From Chiloscyllium plagiosum (taxonomy: Eukaryota), in assembly GCF_004010195.1 (NCBI RefSeq), contig NC_057714.1:76835456-76899455 (forward strand): a stretch of 64,000 nt of DNA. The letters run 5' to 3'. Shown piece by piece: positions 49,760 to 61,300 of this stretch (position 1 is its first letter; each line of letters opens with the position of its first letter). A program made the position numbers and the translations under genes. The notes under the pieces were generated by a model. The model saw only the letters and a list, made by a program, of their open reading frames with translations, was not told where the DNA came from and made no database searches.

Positions 49760-50570
49760 TGTGGAGTCCTCAACCCAGCGTGGTGCTCTCAACCCAGCAT
49801 GGGGCCCTCGGCCCGGCATGGTGCCCTGGGTGTGACGTGATGCCCTCGGCCTGCCATGATATTCTCAGTCTGATGTGGTGTCCAGCATGGAGCCCTCGGT
49901 CGGTGTGTCCTTGGCCCGGCATGGTGTTCTCAGTGTGGCATGGTGTACTCGGACGGGAGTGGAGCCCTCAGCCAATGCGGGGCCCTCGGCCCAGTGAGGT
50001 TTCCTCCAGCCTGGCATGGTTTCCTCGGTCCGGCATGAAGCCCACAGCCTGGTATGGAGTCCTTGGCATGGTGTGGAGTCCTCAGCTGGTGTGGCGTCCT
50101 CAGCCCGGCATAGTGTCCTTGGCATAGTGTGGAGCCCTCGGCCTGGTGTGGAGCCCTCGGCCTGGTGTGGAGTTCTCGGCCCGGTGTGGTGTCCTCAGCC
50201 CGGTGTGGTGTCCTCAGCCCGGTGTGGTGTCCTCAGCCCGATGTGGAGCCCTCGGCCCGGTGTGGAGCCCTCGGCCCGGTGTGGAGCCCTCGGCCCGGAG
50301 TGGAGCCCTCGGCCCGGTGTGGAGCCCTCGGCCTGGTGTGGTCCCCTCGGCCTGATGTGGTCTCCTCGGCCTGCTGTGGAGCCCTCGGCCCGGCGTGTAG
50401 TCCTCGGCCCGGCGTGGTGTCTTCGGCCCGGTGTGGTGTCCTCGACCCGGCGTGGTGTCCTCGACCCGGCATGGTGTTCTTGGCCCGGAATGGAGTCCTC
50501 GGCCCGTGTGGAGCCCTCGGCCCAGTGTGATGTCCTTGGTCTGGTTTGGTGTCCTCGGTCCGATGTGGCC
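49760..50570 (+). repeat. GC-rich 19-bp minisatellite, roughly 40 units
   Basis: Unit GGTGTGGAGCCCTCGGCCC, with variant GGTGTGGTGTCCTCAGCCC; most homogeneous at 50130-50470. Confidence 0.95.
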
Positions 50571-51702
50571 GTCCGAAGTGATCTCCCAGCCTCATGATTC
50601 TCAAGGTGAAGCCCAGCACAATGTGGAGGCAGGAGCCAGTGCGGACGGGAGGCTCAGAGCCAGTGTGGTCAGGTTGGAAGACCATGGTTCCGTAATGTTA
50701 GACATTTTATTTCTCTATTCTCTAAGATCTGTGATTTAAGAAGACCTGACATAGATAGGCATTTCTGTGGCTGCGTTCAAGACTCCAGGATGGAGTGTTG
50801 CCTCCCTGATGCTAAGGTCAAGGACATCTTTGAGCAGTTACACAGAACTCTTAAGGGTTAGGGGGAGCAGCCAGAAGTCGTTGTGCACAGTGGTACCAAC
50901 AACACAGGTAGAAAAAGCGACAAAGCCCTGCGGAGCGAATATAGGGAGTGAGGAAAAAGGCTGAAAAGCAGGACCTCAAGGTTAGTAATCACTCAGTTAT
51001 TACCAATGCCACGTGTTGGTGAGGCAAGGAATAGGAAGAAAGGACAGATGAATGTATGTCTAAGGTGCTGGTGCAGGGGGCAGGGTTTCAGGTTTTGGAT
51101 CATTGGGACCTCTCCCGGGGCAGCGGTGATCTGTACAAGAGGGATGGGTTGCACCTAGACTGGAGGGGAACCACTATCCTCAGGGAAGTTCACTAGTGCT
51201 ACTCAGGAGGGTTTAAACTTGAGTGGCAGGGGGCTGGGAACCAGAGCAGTAGGTCAGCAAGTGGAGGGATTGAGAGGAAAGTACACCTTAAGACCAGTAA
51301 ATCAGAAATAAAGGACAGGCAGAGACAAGTGAATGAACATGATGGTACTGATGGGCTGAAGTCTGATTATTTCACCACAAGGAGGATTATAGATAAGGCA
51401 GATGAGCCTAGAGCCTGGACCAGTACATGGGACTATGATGTTGTGGCCATTGAGGGACAGGACTAGCTGCTCAGCGTTCGAGTTTTGTTGCTTTAGACGA
51501 CATAGAGAGGAAGGTAAAAGAGGTGGTGGAGGTGCATTACTAATCAGGGAGAATGTCAAATCTGCACTCAGAGAGGACATATTGACGGGTTCATCCACTG
51601 AGGCAATATGTGTAGAGCTCAAAAAATAAGATGGGTGTAATCATTGTGATACGATTATACTATAGGGCCCCCAACAGCCATTGAGACATTGAGGAACAAG
51701 TA

Positions 51703-52128
51703 CCATATATACTCGAGTAATATGTAAAAGTTGACCCCCAATTTTTGGCCAAATAATCTGGAATTTTCCATACATCTTGTGTAAAAGTTGACTCTAGTTC
51801 TTCACAGATAACAGATCAACGTTTATGAGTCAGAGTACTGGCCATCACATCTCGCTCCAGCTTTCCAATCTGCAGGTTCCACTCCATTCCCAGTCTTCAA
51901 GTCCCCTATCTGTTGTGTTCCGCTCTTGGTTTTCAGAATTACCATAATTCATTGTTTACTTTTCTTTATTCGTTTAGAGATCAATTGGGTTTCTGCTATG
52001 ATATGGTATGAATTTTGATGGGCATTAATTTCAGCCCCTCAAAAGTAGCATCCATGTAATAGTCAACCCCATAAATTTAACCTTAAAAAGTAGTCAAAAC
52101 AGTTCGACTTTTAGTCTAGTATATATGG
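51703..52128. mobile_element. Tc1/mariner (Tc2/pogo-like) MITE
   Basis: TA|CCATATATACTCGAGTA ... TAGTCTAGTATATATGG|TA; internal repeats gtaaaagttgac. Confidence 0.85.
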
Positions 52129-52309
52129 TATGCTGGCACATTATGGAAAGATGCAATAAAAACTGAACTGTCAAAGTGGGTGACTTTAATTTTCCCAATG
52201 TTGACTGGGACTACCTTAGAGGAAGAGGCTTAGACGAGACATAATTTATTAAGTACATCCAAGAGGATTTCTTGGAAACACTGTGGATAGAACAACTTAA
52301 GGAAGGTCA

Positions 52310-52460
52310 AGAATATGGTGCTGGAGGGCTGAGACCCCTGAAGGGCTTTTGCCTGAAACATCGACTCTCCTGCATCTCAGATGCTGTCTGACCTGCTGTG
52401 CCTTTCCAGCACCACACTCTCTACTCTAATCTCCAGCATTTGCAGTCCTCACTTTCACCT
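52310..52460 (+). mobile_element. Penelope family A terminal fragment
   Basis: ctgaagggcttttgcctgaaacatcgactctcc..cagtcctcactttc. Confidence 0.7.
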
Positions 52461-52517
52461 AGAGGAGGGGCCATACCAGAGCTTTTACTGGCCAATGAAC
52501 CTGGCCAGGTCATAGTC

Positions 52518-52778
52518 GTAGAGTCATAGAGATGTACAGCACAGAAACAGACCCTTCGGTCCAACTCCTCTAAGCCTACCAGATATCCCAACCCATTCCA
52601 CTCCCACCTGCCAGCACCTGGCCCATATCCCTCCACCACTTCCTATTCATATACCCATCCAGATGCCTTTTAAGTGTTGCAATTGTACCAGCCTCCACCA
52701 CTTTCTCTGGCAGCTCATTCCATACACGTACCACCCTCTGCATGAAAAAGTTGCCTCTTAGATCTCTTTTCCCCTCTT
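52518..52778 (-). mobile_element. HER1/CR1 LINE 3' fragment
   Basis: Same tail as 27146 and 11166. Confidence 0.85.
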
Positions 52779-54679
52779 GCTGACCTTTGAGTGGGAGAGC
52801 ATTTTGGAAACAGTGATCATAACTCCTTAAGTTTTAAGATAGCTATGGACAAGGATAAGTCAGGACTTTATGTGAAGTTATTAAATTGGGGGGAGTGCAA
52901 ATTATGTCTGTATTAGGCAGGAGCTTGGGAGTTTACTTAGGAGGAACTGTTAACAGGCGAGTCCACATTTGACATGTGGGAGTTATTTAAAGACCTGCTG
53001 GGGAGGGTTCCAATAAGGAGGATTGACAAGGATGGCAAGGTAAGGGATCCTTGGATAACGAGGGAGGTTGTGAATTTAGTCAAAAGGAAAAAAGAACATA
53101 TGTAAGGTTTAGGCAGCTAAAATTGGACAGGATCCATGAGGAATATAAACAAGAAAAGCAGGAAAAAAAACTCAAGCAGGGAATTAGGAGAGCAGGTACT
53201 ACAGGGGCATTTACGGAATTTTAGGTAAGGACATGAATATGCAAGCACTGGAGGGATATGGACTAAGGGCAGGTAGAACGGATTAGTTTAATTTGGTGTC
53301 ATGTTTGGCACAACTTCATGGGCCAAAGAACCTGTTCCTTTGCTGTACAGTTCTACTTCTATGTTCTAAGCTGTACCTAGGTACCTTTATACCGAAGATG
53401 GTGCTGTAAGTGGTGACGTATACACTTTTCACTGTACGCATTGAGTATGTGTGACAACAAAGGCTAATTCTAATTCTAGTTTGTACGTGCCTGACGGAAG
53501 AGGGTAGAAGGGAGTATACCCAGAGTGGTAGGGGCTATTGATTATGTTGCTTGCTTTCCTGCGGCACCATGGAGTCAGTGGCTGGAAGGCTGCTTTGCAT
53601 GATGGACTGGACAGTGTTCAAAACTCTTTGTAGTTTGTTGTGGTCATGGGCAGAGTTGATGCTATACCTCACCATGATGCATCCAAATATGATGCTTCCT
53701 GTGGTGCATCAATAAAACCTGGTTAAGAGTGTTTGTGGACATGCTGAATTTTGAGGAAGTGTAGACATTGTTGTGCTTTCCTGAATGTCACGTCAATGTG
53801 GGTGGACCTGAAGAGACTGTTGATAATCATCACTCCCAGAAATGTGGTGCTTTCAACCATTTCCACCTCAGCACCATTGATGCAGACAGGGGGGTGCCCT
53901 CTACACCATTTCCCAAAGTTAATGACTGGCTCCTTCGTTTTGCTGATGTTGATAGAGAGTTTTTGTCTTTACACCATGTCACTAAACATTCAATCTCCTC
54001 CCTGTATTCTGTCTTGTCATTCTTTGAGATCTGACCTACAGCAGTGGTGTCATCAGCAAACTTATAAATGGGGTTGGGTGGAATATGGCCACACAGTCCT
54101 GAATGTATATGGAGTACAGTAGGGGTCTGAGTACGCAGCTTTGGCGGGGGGTGTGTGTGGGTGGGGGAGGGAGGGGGGTGTTGATAGTGCTGGGGATTAT
54201 AGTGGAGAAGGTGTTGATGCCTATTCTTACTGATTTCAGTCTCTGGATTAGGAAGTCAAGGATCCAGTTACAGTAGGGGGAGCCGAGACCTGGGTCTCAG
54301 AATTTAGAGATGAGTTTGTTTGGAATTATGGTGTTGAAGGCAGAGCTGTAGTCAATATGTAGGAGCCTGATGTAGGTATCCTTGTTGTCCACGTGGTCTA
54401 GAGATGAGTGTAAGGCCAGGAAGATGGCGTCTGCGATGCACCTGTTGTGCTGGTAGGCAAATTGCAAAGGATCAAGGCAAGTTGGTAGGCTGGGGTCAAT
54501 GTGAGCCATGACTAACCTCTCGAAACACTTCATGACTGTGGAGGTCACAGCCACTGGGCAGTAGTCAGTAAGACACGCTGTTTGCTTTTTCTTTGGCACC
54601 GGGATGATAGTGGTCTTCGTGAAGCAGGTGAGATTTTAGTTCTTAGTAAGGAGTGGTTAAGGATGTCTGGTGATAATCC

Positions 54680-54810
54680 CTCCACTTGACCTAATGAAGG
54701 AACAGCGTTCTGAAAGCTTGTGATTTCAAATAAACCTGTTGGACTCTAACCTGGTGTCATGTGACTTCTGACTGTGTCCACTCCAGTCCAACACCGGCAC
54801 CTCCACATCT
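54680..54810 (+). mobile_element. Penelope family C fragment
   Basis: cctaatgaaggaacagcgttctgaaagcttgtg..ccagtccaacaccggcacctcca. Confidence 0.65.
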
Positions 54811-55559
54811 GTAAAACAGAGCATGCAGCAGTCTCTCAAATCCCTTTGGAAGGTGAATCGAACTTTGAGGTCGTCCACCTTGTTTTCAGTGGCTTGGACA
54901 TTTGCCAGGAGTACGCTGGGGAGGATGAGTTGAAACCCCATAGTTTCACTCTCACCTGAATTCCAGCACATATCCCATGTTTCCTGGGTAAGTGGCTGCT
55001 CCTGGTTGATCCCGGGTGTCAGTGAGGGAAGTCTGTTGCTCTGAGAGGTGAGGGTGTGATCTGGATGGGATCCTGGCCACCAGTCATGGTCTTGAGCGTT
55101 CCGGGGAGATCTGTTGGCCGATTCAGTCGGGCTTCCTCGATGCTGGGTCACTGTGGGGTCAGGTCTTGTTCCTGCGCTGCTCAGGTCTCGGTTACGGGTT
55201 TTCATGAGGAAGTTGGGCTTGAGGGAAGCTGGTAGGCCCTTAGTTCCCCTGGTCTTGAGATTCCAGCGTTGGTGGTCAAGCCTCAAGAGGCGTAGGATCT
55301 TTAAACCTGAAAGTAGATTTAAGAGAACATTGTTAGTAATTCTGATGGAGTTAGAATTGAGTTTTAGAAAAGCAGAATGATTGTAGGTTTTGTAAGATTA
55401 AGATCTGCTTTAGACAGCTTACAAAATGTCCCCACGTTCTAGCGCCGTCTTGAAATTATCATTTTAAAGTTCTACTGACAATGTTTTCAAATTTAGTATC
55501 ATGCACACACTTTGAAAATCTAGGGCACACTCCATAATCTAGGTCATTAATGTATAATT

Positions 55560-55825
55560 TTTATTTGTGCATGGGATGTAGGCCTCACTGGCTCAGCCAA
55601 CATTTATTGCCCAATTCTATTTGTCCTGCTGAAGGTGGTATTGAGATGCCTTTTTAAAATCCTGCTGACTTTGGGGTGTAGAAACACGCTGTTGCAAAGG
55701 GTGTTCCAGGATTTTGATGCAGCAACTGTGAGGGAATGGTGATACAGTTCCAAGTCAGGGTAGTGTGTGGCTCAGGGGGCAGCTCTGCAGGTGATGGCAT
55801 TCCCTTATATCTGCCATTCTACTTC
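55560..55825 (-). mobile_element. LINE 3' end of the tRNA-headed family
   Basis: Homologous to 44190-44420 (catttattgccc..ttccaggattttgat..ttccaagtcagg). Confidence 0.65.
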
Positions 55826-56536
55826 ACCTTCATAGTCTCTATATTAGGAAAAACCAGATTCCCAACACTGTCCACTAGAGAACTTAATTAATACCTTCCT
55901 ATAACCCTAAAAGCATCCATTAACTTTTACTGTTTCATTTCTGTCACTCAGCCAATTCTGCATCCATGTTTCTAATGCTCCTTTATTCTGGAAGCTAGAA
56001 CTTGGCTTATCATTCTGTTGTCTGGCACTGTAACAAATGTTCTTATTGGAAACCATGTACTCAGATTCTGTAGAGATGAGAAATAGTGCAGGTAGGAAGT
56101 TGCTGTCCATAGGCCCCTAATAATGTAGAATGGGGTATACGGGAAGAAATATTGAGGGCTTGCAAAAAAAGTTCAGCAGTAATAATGGCTGACTTTAATC
56201 TATAAATAGGTCAGATGAATTGATAAAGATCGCATTAATGATGAGCTCAAGGCATGTTTCAGGATGATTCATCAAAACAGAATCTTTTCGAGCCAATCAG
56301 ACAGCAGGCTATCTGGGAATGTGCAATGAGATTGGATTAATAAAATAGTCAGTAAATATCGTTTGGATACCCAGGATACATCTTTGGAGAATTGAGAGCT
56401 GTGAGAATATGGTCCCAAGACACCTTGGGAATGGGAGCACAGGATCCTTTGGGGTGTGGGTGTATGGGATTCTTTGGTGTGGGTCAGATACTCTTTGCTA
56501 CAGTTAAAGGTGGAGAACAGTAGGCATAAACCCTTT

Positions 56537-56632
56537 GGAGAAAGTGAGGACTGCAGATGCTGGAGATCAGAGACGAGAGGGTGGTGCTGGAAAGGCACAG
56601 CAGGTCAGGCAGCATCCGAGGAGCAGAAGAAC
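56537..56632 (-). mobile_element. Penelope family A terminal fragment
   Basis: ggagaaagtgaggactgcagatgctggagatcag..gcagcatccgaggagcag. Confidence 0.7.
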
Positions 56633-56834
56633 ATTAGCAGAGAGTGTTAGATCTCAAGTGAGAGAGAGTCTGGGAAATTAATAATACAAAATAAGGCAAT
56701 GGAAGATGGGTTGTGAGCGGAGAATGGAGATAACTGAGTTGGAGTAAATTTGAATGAAGAAATGAAAGAGTTGGAGGAACTTAAAGCCTACACTCATCAG
56801 GTTAAAATGTCCTGAGAAAATCATTAAAAGCATT

Positions 56835-56918
56835 GTTAAATATCACACAACACCAGGTTATAGTCCAACAGGTTTAATTGGAATCACTAGCATTCGGAGC
56901 GCTGCTGCTTCATCAGGT
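56835..56918 (-). mobile_element. Penelope family C terminal fragment
   Basis: atcacacaacaccaggttatagtccaacagg..cactagcattcggagcgctgctgcttcatcagg. Confidence 0.7.
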
Positions 56919-56954
56919 TATGGATGGATATAGATAGATAGAGAGGTTTCCACC

Positions 56955-57772
56955 TATTCAGAGGAGAAGGATGAGGTTTCAGAGGAGGATTATTAAATTA
57001 ATGCCTGGAGTGAGAAAAGCCTCAATAGATAGGGCTTGTGTTTACTCAAGTTTTGAAGATTAAGGTGACCTAATTGAGACAAATAAGATCCCAACAAGAC
57101 GTTTCCCCTTGTGTGAGTCTAGGACTAGAGGGCACCTTTTAAAAATTAGGAACGACTCTTTTTGGACAGAGATGAAGACTTTTTTTTGCCCTCAGAGAGT
57201 TGTGTGATCTTGGAACCCTTTCTCAGAAGGTGGTAGCATTGGGGTCACCTTCCCTGAATATAACTGAGTGGATTCTCCCCCCTTAATTTAAAGCTATGCC
57301 TCCTTGTAATACCCGACTACATACGCGGGAAAAGGTTCATACTGTCAACCCTATCTAACCCCCGATCATCTTGTACACCTCAATCAAGTCACCTCTAAAC
57401 CTTCTTTTCTCTAGTGAAAACAGCCCCAAGTGCCTCGGTCTTTCCTCATACGATTTTCCTTCCATACCAGGCAACATCCTGGTAAACCTCCTCTGCACCC
57501 GTTCCAGTGCCTCCACATCCTTCCTATAGTATGGCGACCAAAACTGCACACAATACTCCAGATGCGGCCGCACCAGAGTCTTATACAACTGCAACATGAC
57601 CTCAGGGCTCCGGAATTCAATTCCTCTACCAATAAAAGCCAGAACGCCATATGCCTTCATTACCGCACTATTTACCTGGGTGGCAACTTTCAGAGATCTG
57701 TGTACATGGACACCAAGATCCCTCTGCTCATCCACACTACCAAGTATCCGACCATTAGCCCAGTACCCCATC
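56955..57772. mobile_element. Two adjacent CR1 3' fragments in opposite orientation (+ 56955-57248; - 57249-57772)
   Basis: Minus ORF 57355-57810 reads QRDLGVHVH..YKTLVRPHLEYCVQFWSP..LERVQRRFTRM; the plus fragment is decayed. Confidence 0.8.
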
Positions 57773-58319
57773 TGATAGCAAGAAGAAACCTTTAACAGTG
57801 TATCAGCCACTGCCCACAGGCATATGGGTTAAGTGGAGTCTTGAGAAGGTCAAGTGGAGTCCTAGGAAGCCCACAGACAAGACATGGGACTGCAGGGTAA
57901 ATTCTATGAGTGATATCAGTTGATCGCCATTGGGATGTCAAATGATGGCTAAATGAGTTGTAATGAAGTGTAAAAAGACTTGAAATGTTAACTCAGCTTT
58001 CTCTCTACAAATGCTGCCTTGAGTTTTGCCAGCAATTTCTGTTTTTATTTCAGATCTCCAGCAACCACAGTTCTTTGTTTTATTTTAATGGCTAAATTAT
58101 GATAACTTGAGTAGGTTTTTTGATAGACTGGCTTTATCTGAAGTCACTGGAGATGGCAACATTCTGCAGAGCTGAGTTGTTTCTTAAAAGGAACTTAACA
58201 TCTTTCGTTAGTAACATAGGCTTCATCGGCACAATAGCATCAGAAATTAAGCCATATTTTAAATTAACTGTGTCCAACTGTGTGGTCCAACATATTCCAT
58301 GAATACCTTAAATCAATAC

Positions 58320-61300
58320 TTTTTTAATGAATATTTTTATTGAGAAAAAGATTTTGCAATTTTCAACAATAATATAAAATTACTACAAAATAATAGAACA
58401 ATCTTGCAAAAGAACAACAATAACTGTAAACAAACTACTATTCCACACCACAAACAATCTAGGAGAAAAAAAACTTGACACAAACTACAATTCAAAACAT
58501 AACTAAATCAAAACAAAAAGAAACTAAGTTAAAATGAGTTGAACCAAGGCAAATTACATTTAATTAAGTTACAACAATCAGCGCAGTCCCAGCAAAACTC
58601 CCATCACCGGGAGCATCAGTTGACATGCCCGTATTTGATCAGAATTCTTCCTCCCGGGCCTCCAGGCTGCCAGACACAGCCCTCATGGCTACACAAAGGC
58701 CCTAACCAATATAGCCGATAAGTCCCCATCCATATAGTACAAAAAGGGCTGCCAAGTCCTATAAAAAGGTTCAGTTTTCTGGTGCGCCATACTCATAAGG
58801 AAGTCCAGAGGGATATGCTCCATAACTAACCTACATCACCCCGAGAGTGCTGGGGGATTCTCTGACACTCAGCTCATCAGAATGTTCTTCCTCGCACAAA
58901 ATGAAAGAATGCTAAACAATTTCTTCCCATGCACGTCCAAAGAGGGGAGATTCAGCAAACCCAAGAGGAGGGACACCAAATCTACCTTGACCTCGGTCCC
59001 CAAGACCCCTTCCAAAATCCTCACAATAGCGCTTCAATACCTACGAAGGTTGTGGCATGACCACAAGCAGTGAGTAAGAGTGCCAACATTTATTTTACAT
59101 TTGGGGCACATTGGGGACGCTCCTGTTTTAAATTTCACAGGCCGCTCCGGTGCCAACTACACCCTGTGGAGTACCTTCAACTGCATAGCCTGCATCCTAT
59201 TGCAAATTGAAATCTTCCTTACGTTCTCCCAAATATCCTCCTACTTCTCTGGTGAGATCCCCATCCCTAATTCCTGAGCCCAGATTCCACACAGCCGCTC
59301 GATGTCCCCCGAGACATTACCTCCAAATAAATGATGGAGGGTGCTTACCGAGAGAGTGCCTGTAGACCGGAGGACTCTCCTCTCCATATCCGACTTATAA
59401 GGACTAACCATTAATGTAGTCTTTTTCTGTATAAAGTCCCTAATCTGGAAATAACGAAAGAGGTCCCTCCTGGATAGCTCATATTTCTGGCTCAGCTGCT
59501 TAAAAGACATCATGACCTCCCCATCAAATAAATCTCCCAAACAGAAAACTCCTCTGGACTCCCAGAGCCTAAAGCCGGAATCCATCAATCCCGGGCCGGA
59601 TTCCTACTATGGGAATAAAAGGGGAATTTATTTTGTAAATTGCCCTCAGTTTGTCACATCATTCTCCATGCTTTAACCATGTTAAGGACAATCAGATTTC
59701 TACAATGGTCCATAACAGTCCTCATCTTGTCATGAACAACGGATTAATGAGGGGGCATTTTGTCTGGGAAGCCTCGATATCCAGCCAAATTGACCACGGG
59801 TCCTGACAAGCCCAATCAGCCACATAGAAGAGGAGGGAACTTAGTGTTTCTTAAAGTCTGGAAAATCCACATGCCCCCATCCCTTGTGGAAGCTGCAATT
59901 TGGCAAGCTTTATAAGAGGCTGTCTATGACGCCAGATAAAAGAACCGAGCCAACTGTTAAGCCTCTGTAGCACTTGCCTGGGCAGCATCAGAGGGAGCAT
60001 TCGCATGGGATATAATAAACGAGGAAGAACATTCATTTTAACCCGAGCTATCCTACCCAAGGATATCGGAAGATCCTCCCAGCGTAGAAGGTCCTGATTT
60101 ACCTTCTCTAGCAACTGCACAAAGTTAGCTTTATATAATCGATCAAAGGCCGGGGTGATAAAATGCCTAAATACAGGAGACTTCCCTGTGACCATGTGAA
60201 AGGGGATTGGATTCCACCCCTCCAGATCGGGTACTCTAATAAGGCCCCCCACAGGCATGGCCTCCGACTTCATAAAATTGATTTTATACCCTGAGAAAGC
60301 ACCAAAAAAATTAATCATTTGTATTAAACGGGGCACAGATATTGTCGGGTTAGTTAGAAAGAGAAGAACCTCATCTGCGTAAAGGGTGGTCTTATGCCTT
60401 CCTGATCCTACGTCCAGGGCAGTTATACTGGAGTCTTCTGGATAGCTTCAATCACTAATGTAAATAGTGACGGTGAGAGGGGGCACCCTTGTCGGCTGCT
60501 TCTGCCAATACTAAAGTTGTCAGAGCTTATACCATTAGTGAGAACCATTGCTTTAGGATCACTATGTAACATTACCACCTACCTGGCAAAGACCCCTCCA
60601 GGACATAAAAGAGGTATGGCCACTCCACCTAATCAAACACTTTCTCTGCATCCAGGCATATTACCAAGCCTGGAATCGAACCTTGCTGGCATACCTGAAT
60701 CATAATTAGCACTCCTAATATTATGAGAGGATCCGTGGCCCCTAAAAAAACCTGTCTGGTCCTCCTTCACAATGAAGGGCAAGACCGTCTCCAACCTCAA
60801 CGCCAGCAATTTTAACAAAATTTTTAAGTCCATGTTTAATAATGATATGGGCCTGTACAAAGTGCAATCCTCTGGGGCTTTCCCTCTCTTGAGAATAAGA
60901 GAAATATTTGCTTCTCTCAGAGAGGATGGGAGGCAGTCCTGACTGTATGAATAATTGTACATATCCAACATTGGCCCAGCTAGCATGTTTATAAACTCTT
61001 CATAAAACTCACTCCAAAATCCATTGGGGCCATTTGCTTTACCGCTCTGGAGCTGCCTCACCGCCTCCTGTATCTCTTGGATTGTCAGAGGAGCAGTGAA
61101 AAGAGACGCCTGCTCTGAAGTTACACCTGGGAGGTCCAAGGTCATACAAAAGGACTCCATCTTCACCAATCTGTCCTCACAGCCCTCCGACCAGTACAAT
61201 CCCGGGGTAGAACTTCCTGAATGCTATAATAATCTTTTTGGGATCACTGGTGATAGTAACAGCACAATCTCTGATGGCTGTGATAGTTTGGGGGGCAGTC

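Larger units (their letters stand above)
50743..53368 (+). mobile_element. CR1 LINE: ORF1 esterase-like end, APE region, large internal deletion, 3' tail
   Basis: GEQPEVVV..GTN and DLYKRDGLHL (SGNH-like ORF1); REEGKRGGGGALLIRE; GDFNFPNVDW; tail ctgtacagttctacttctatgttcta. Confidence 0.8.
49676..53477 (+). mobile_element. Non-autonomous Rex1-tailed element with internal minisatellite (49676-50742 plus 53369-53477)
   Basis: The two halves rejoin (..tttaagaag|ctgtacctagg..) as in the uninterrupted copy at 14132-14386. Confidence 0.65.
49484..55452 (-). mobile_element. Rex1/Babar LINE (49484-49675 plus 53478-55452), internally deleted
   Basis: [37 protein letters not shown] (RT); LPSVLLANVQATENKVDDL (APE start); 5' end caagacggcgct. 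Confidence 0.85.
48810..56040 (-). mobile_element. Old CR1-clade LINE (48810-49482, resuming ~55460-56040) hosting nested insertions
   Basis: CR1 tail and ORF2 remnants on the left; ETWMQNWLSDRNETVKVNGCF (RT) on the right. Confidence 0.6.

Noticed and set aside
49759-50739. Several 100-190 aa ORFs with repetitive W/C/P/G-rich peptides, and a superficial CRISPR-like array
   Set aside because: These are by-products of a stop-poor 19-bp tandem repeat; units are contiguous with no unique spacers, and there are no cas genes in this eukaryotic context.
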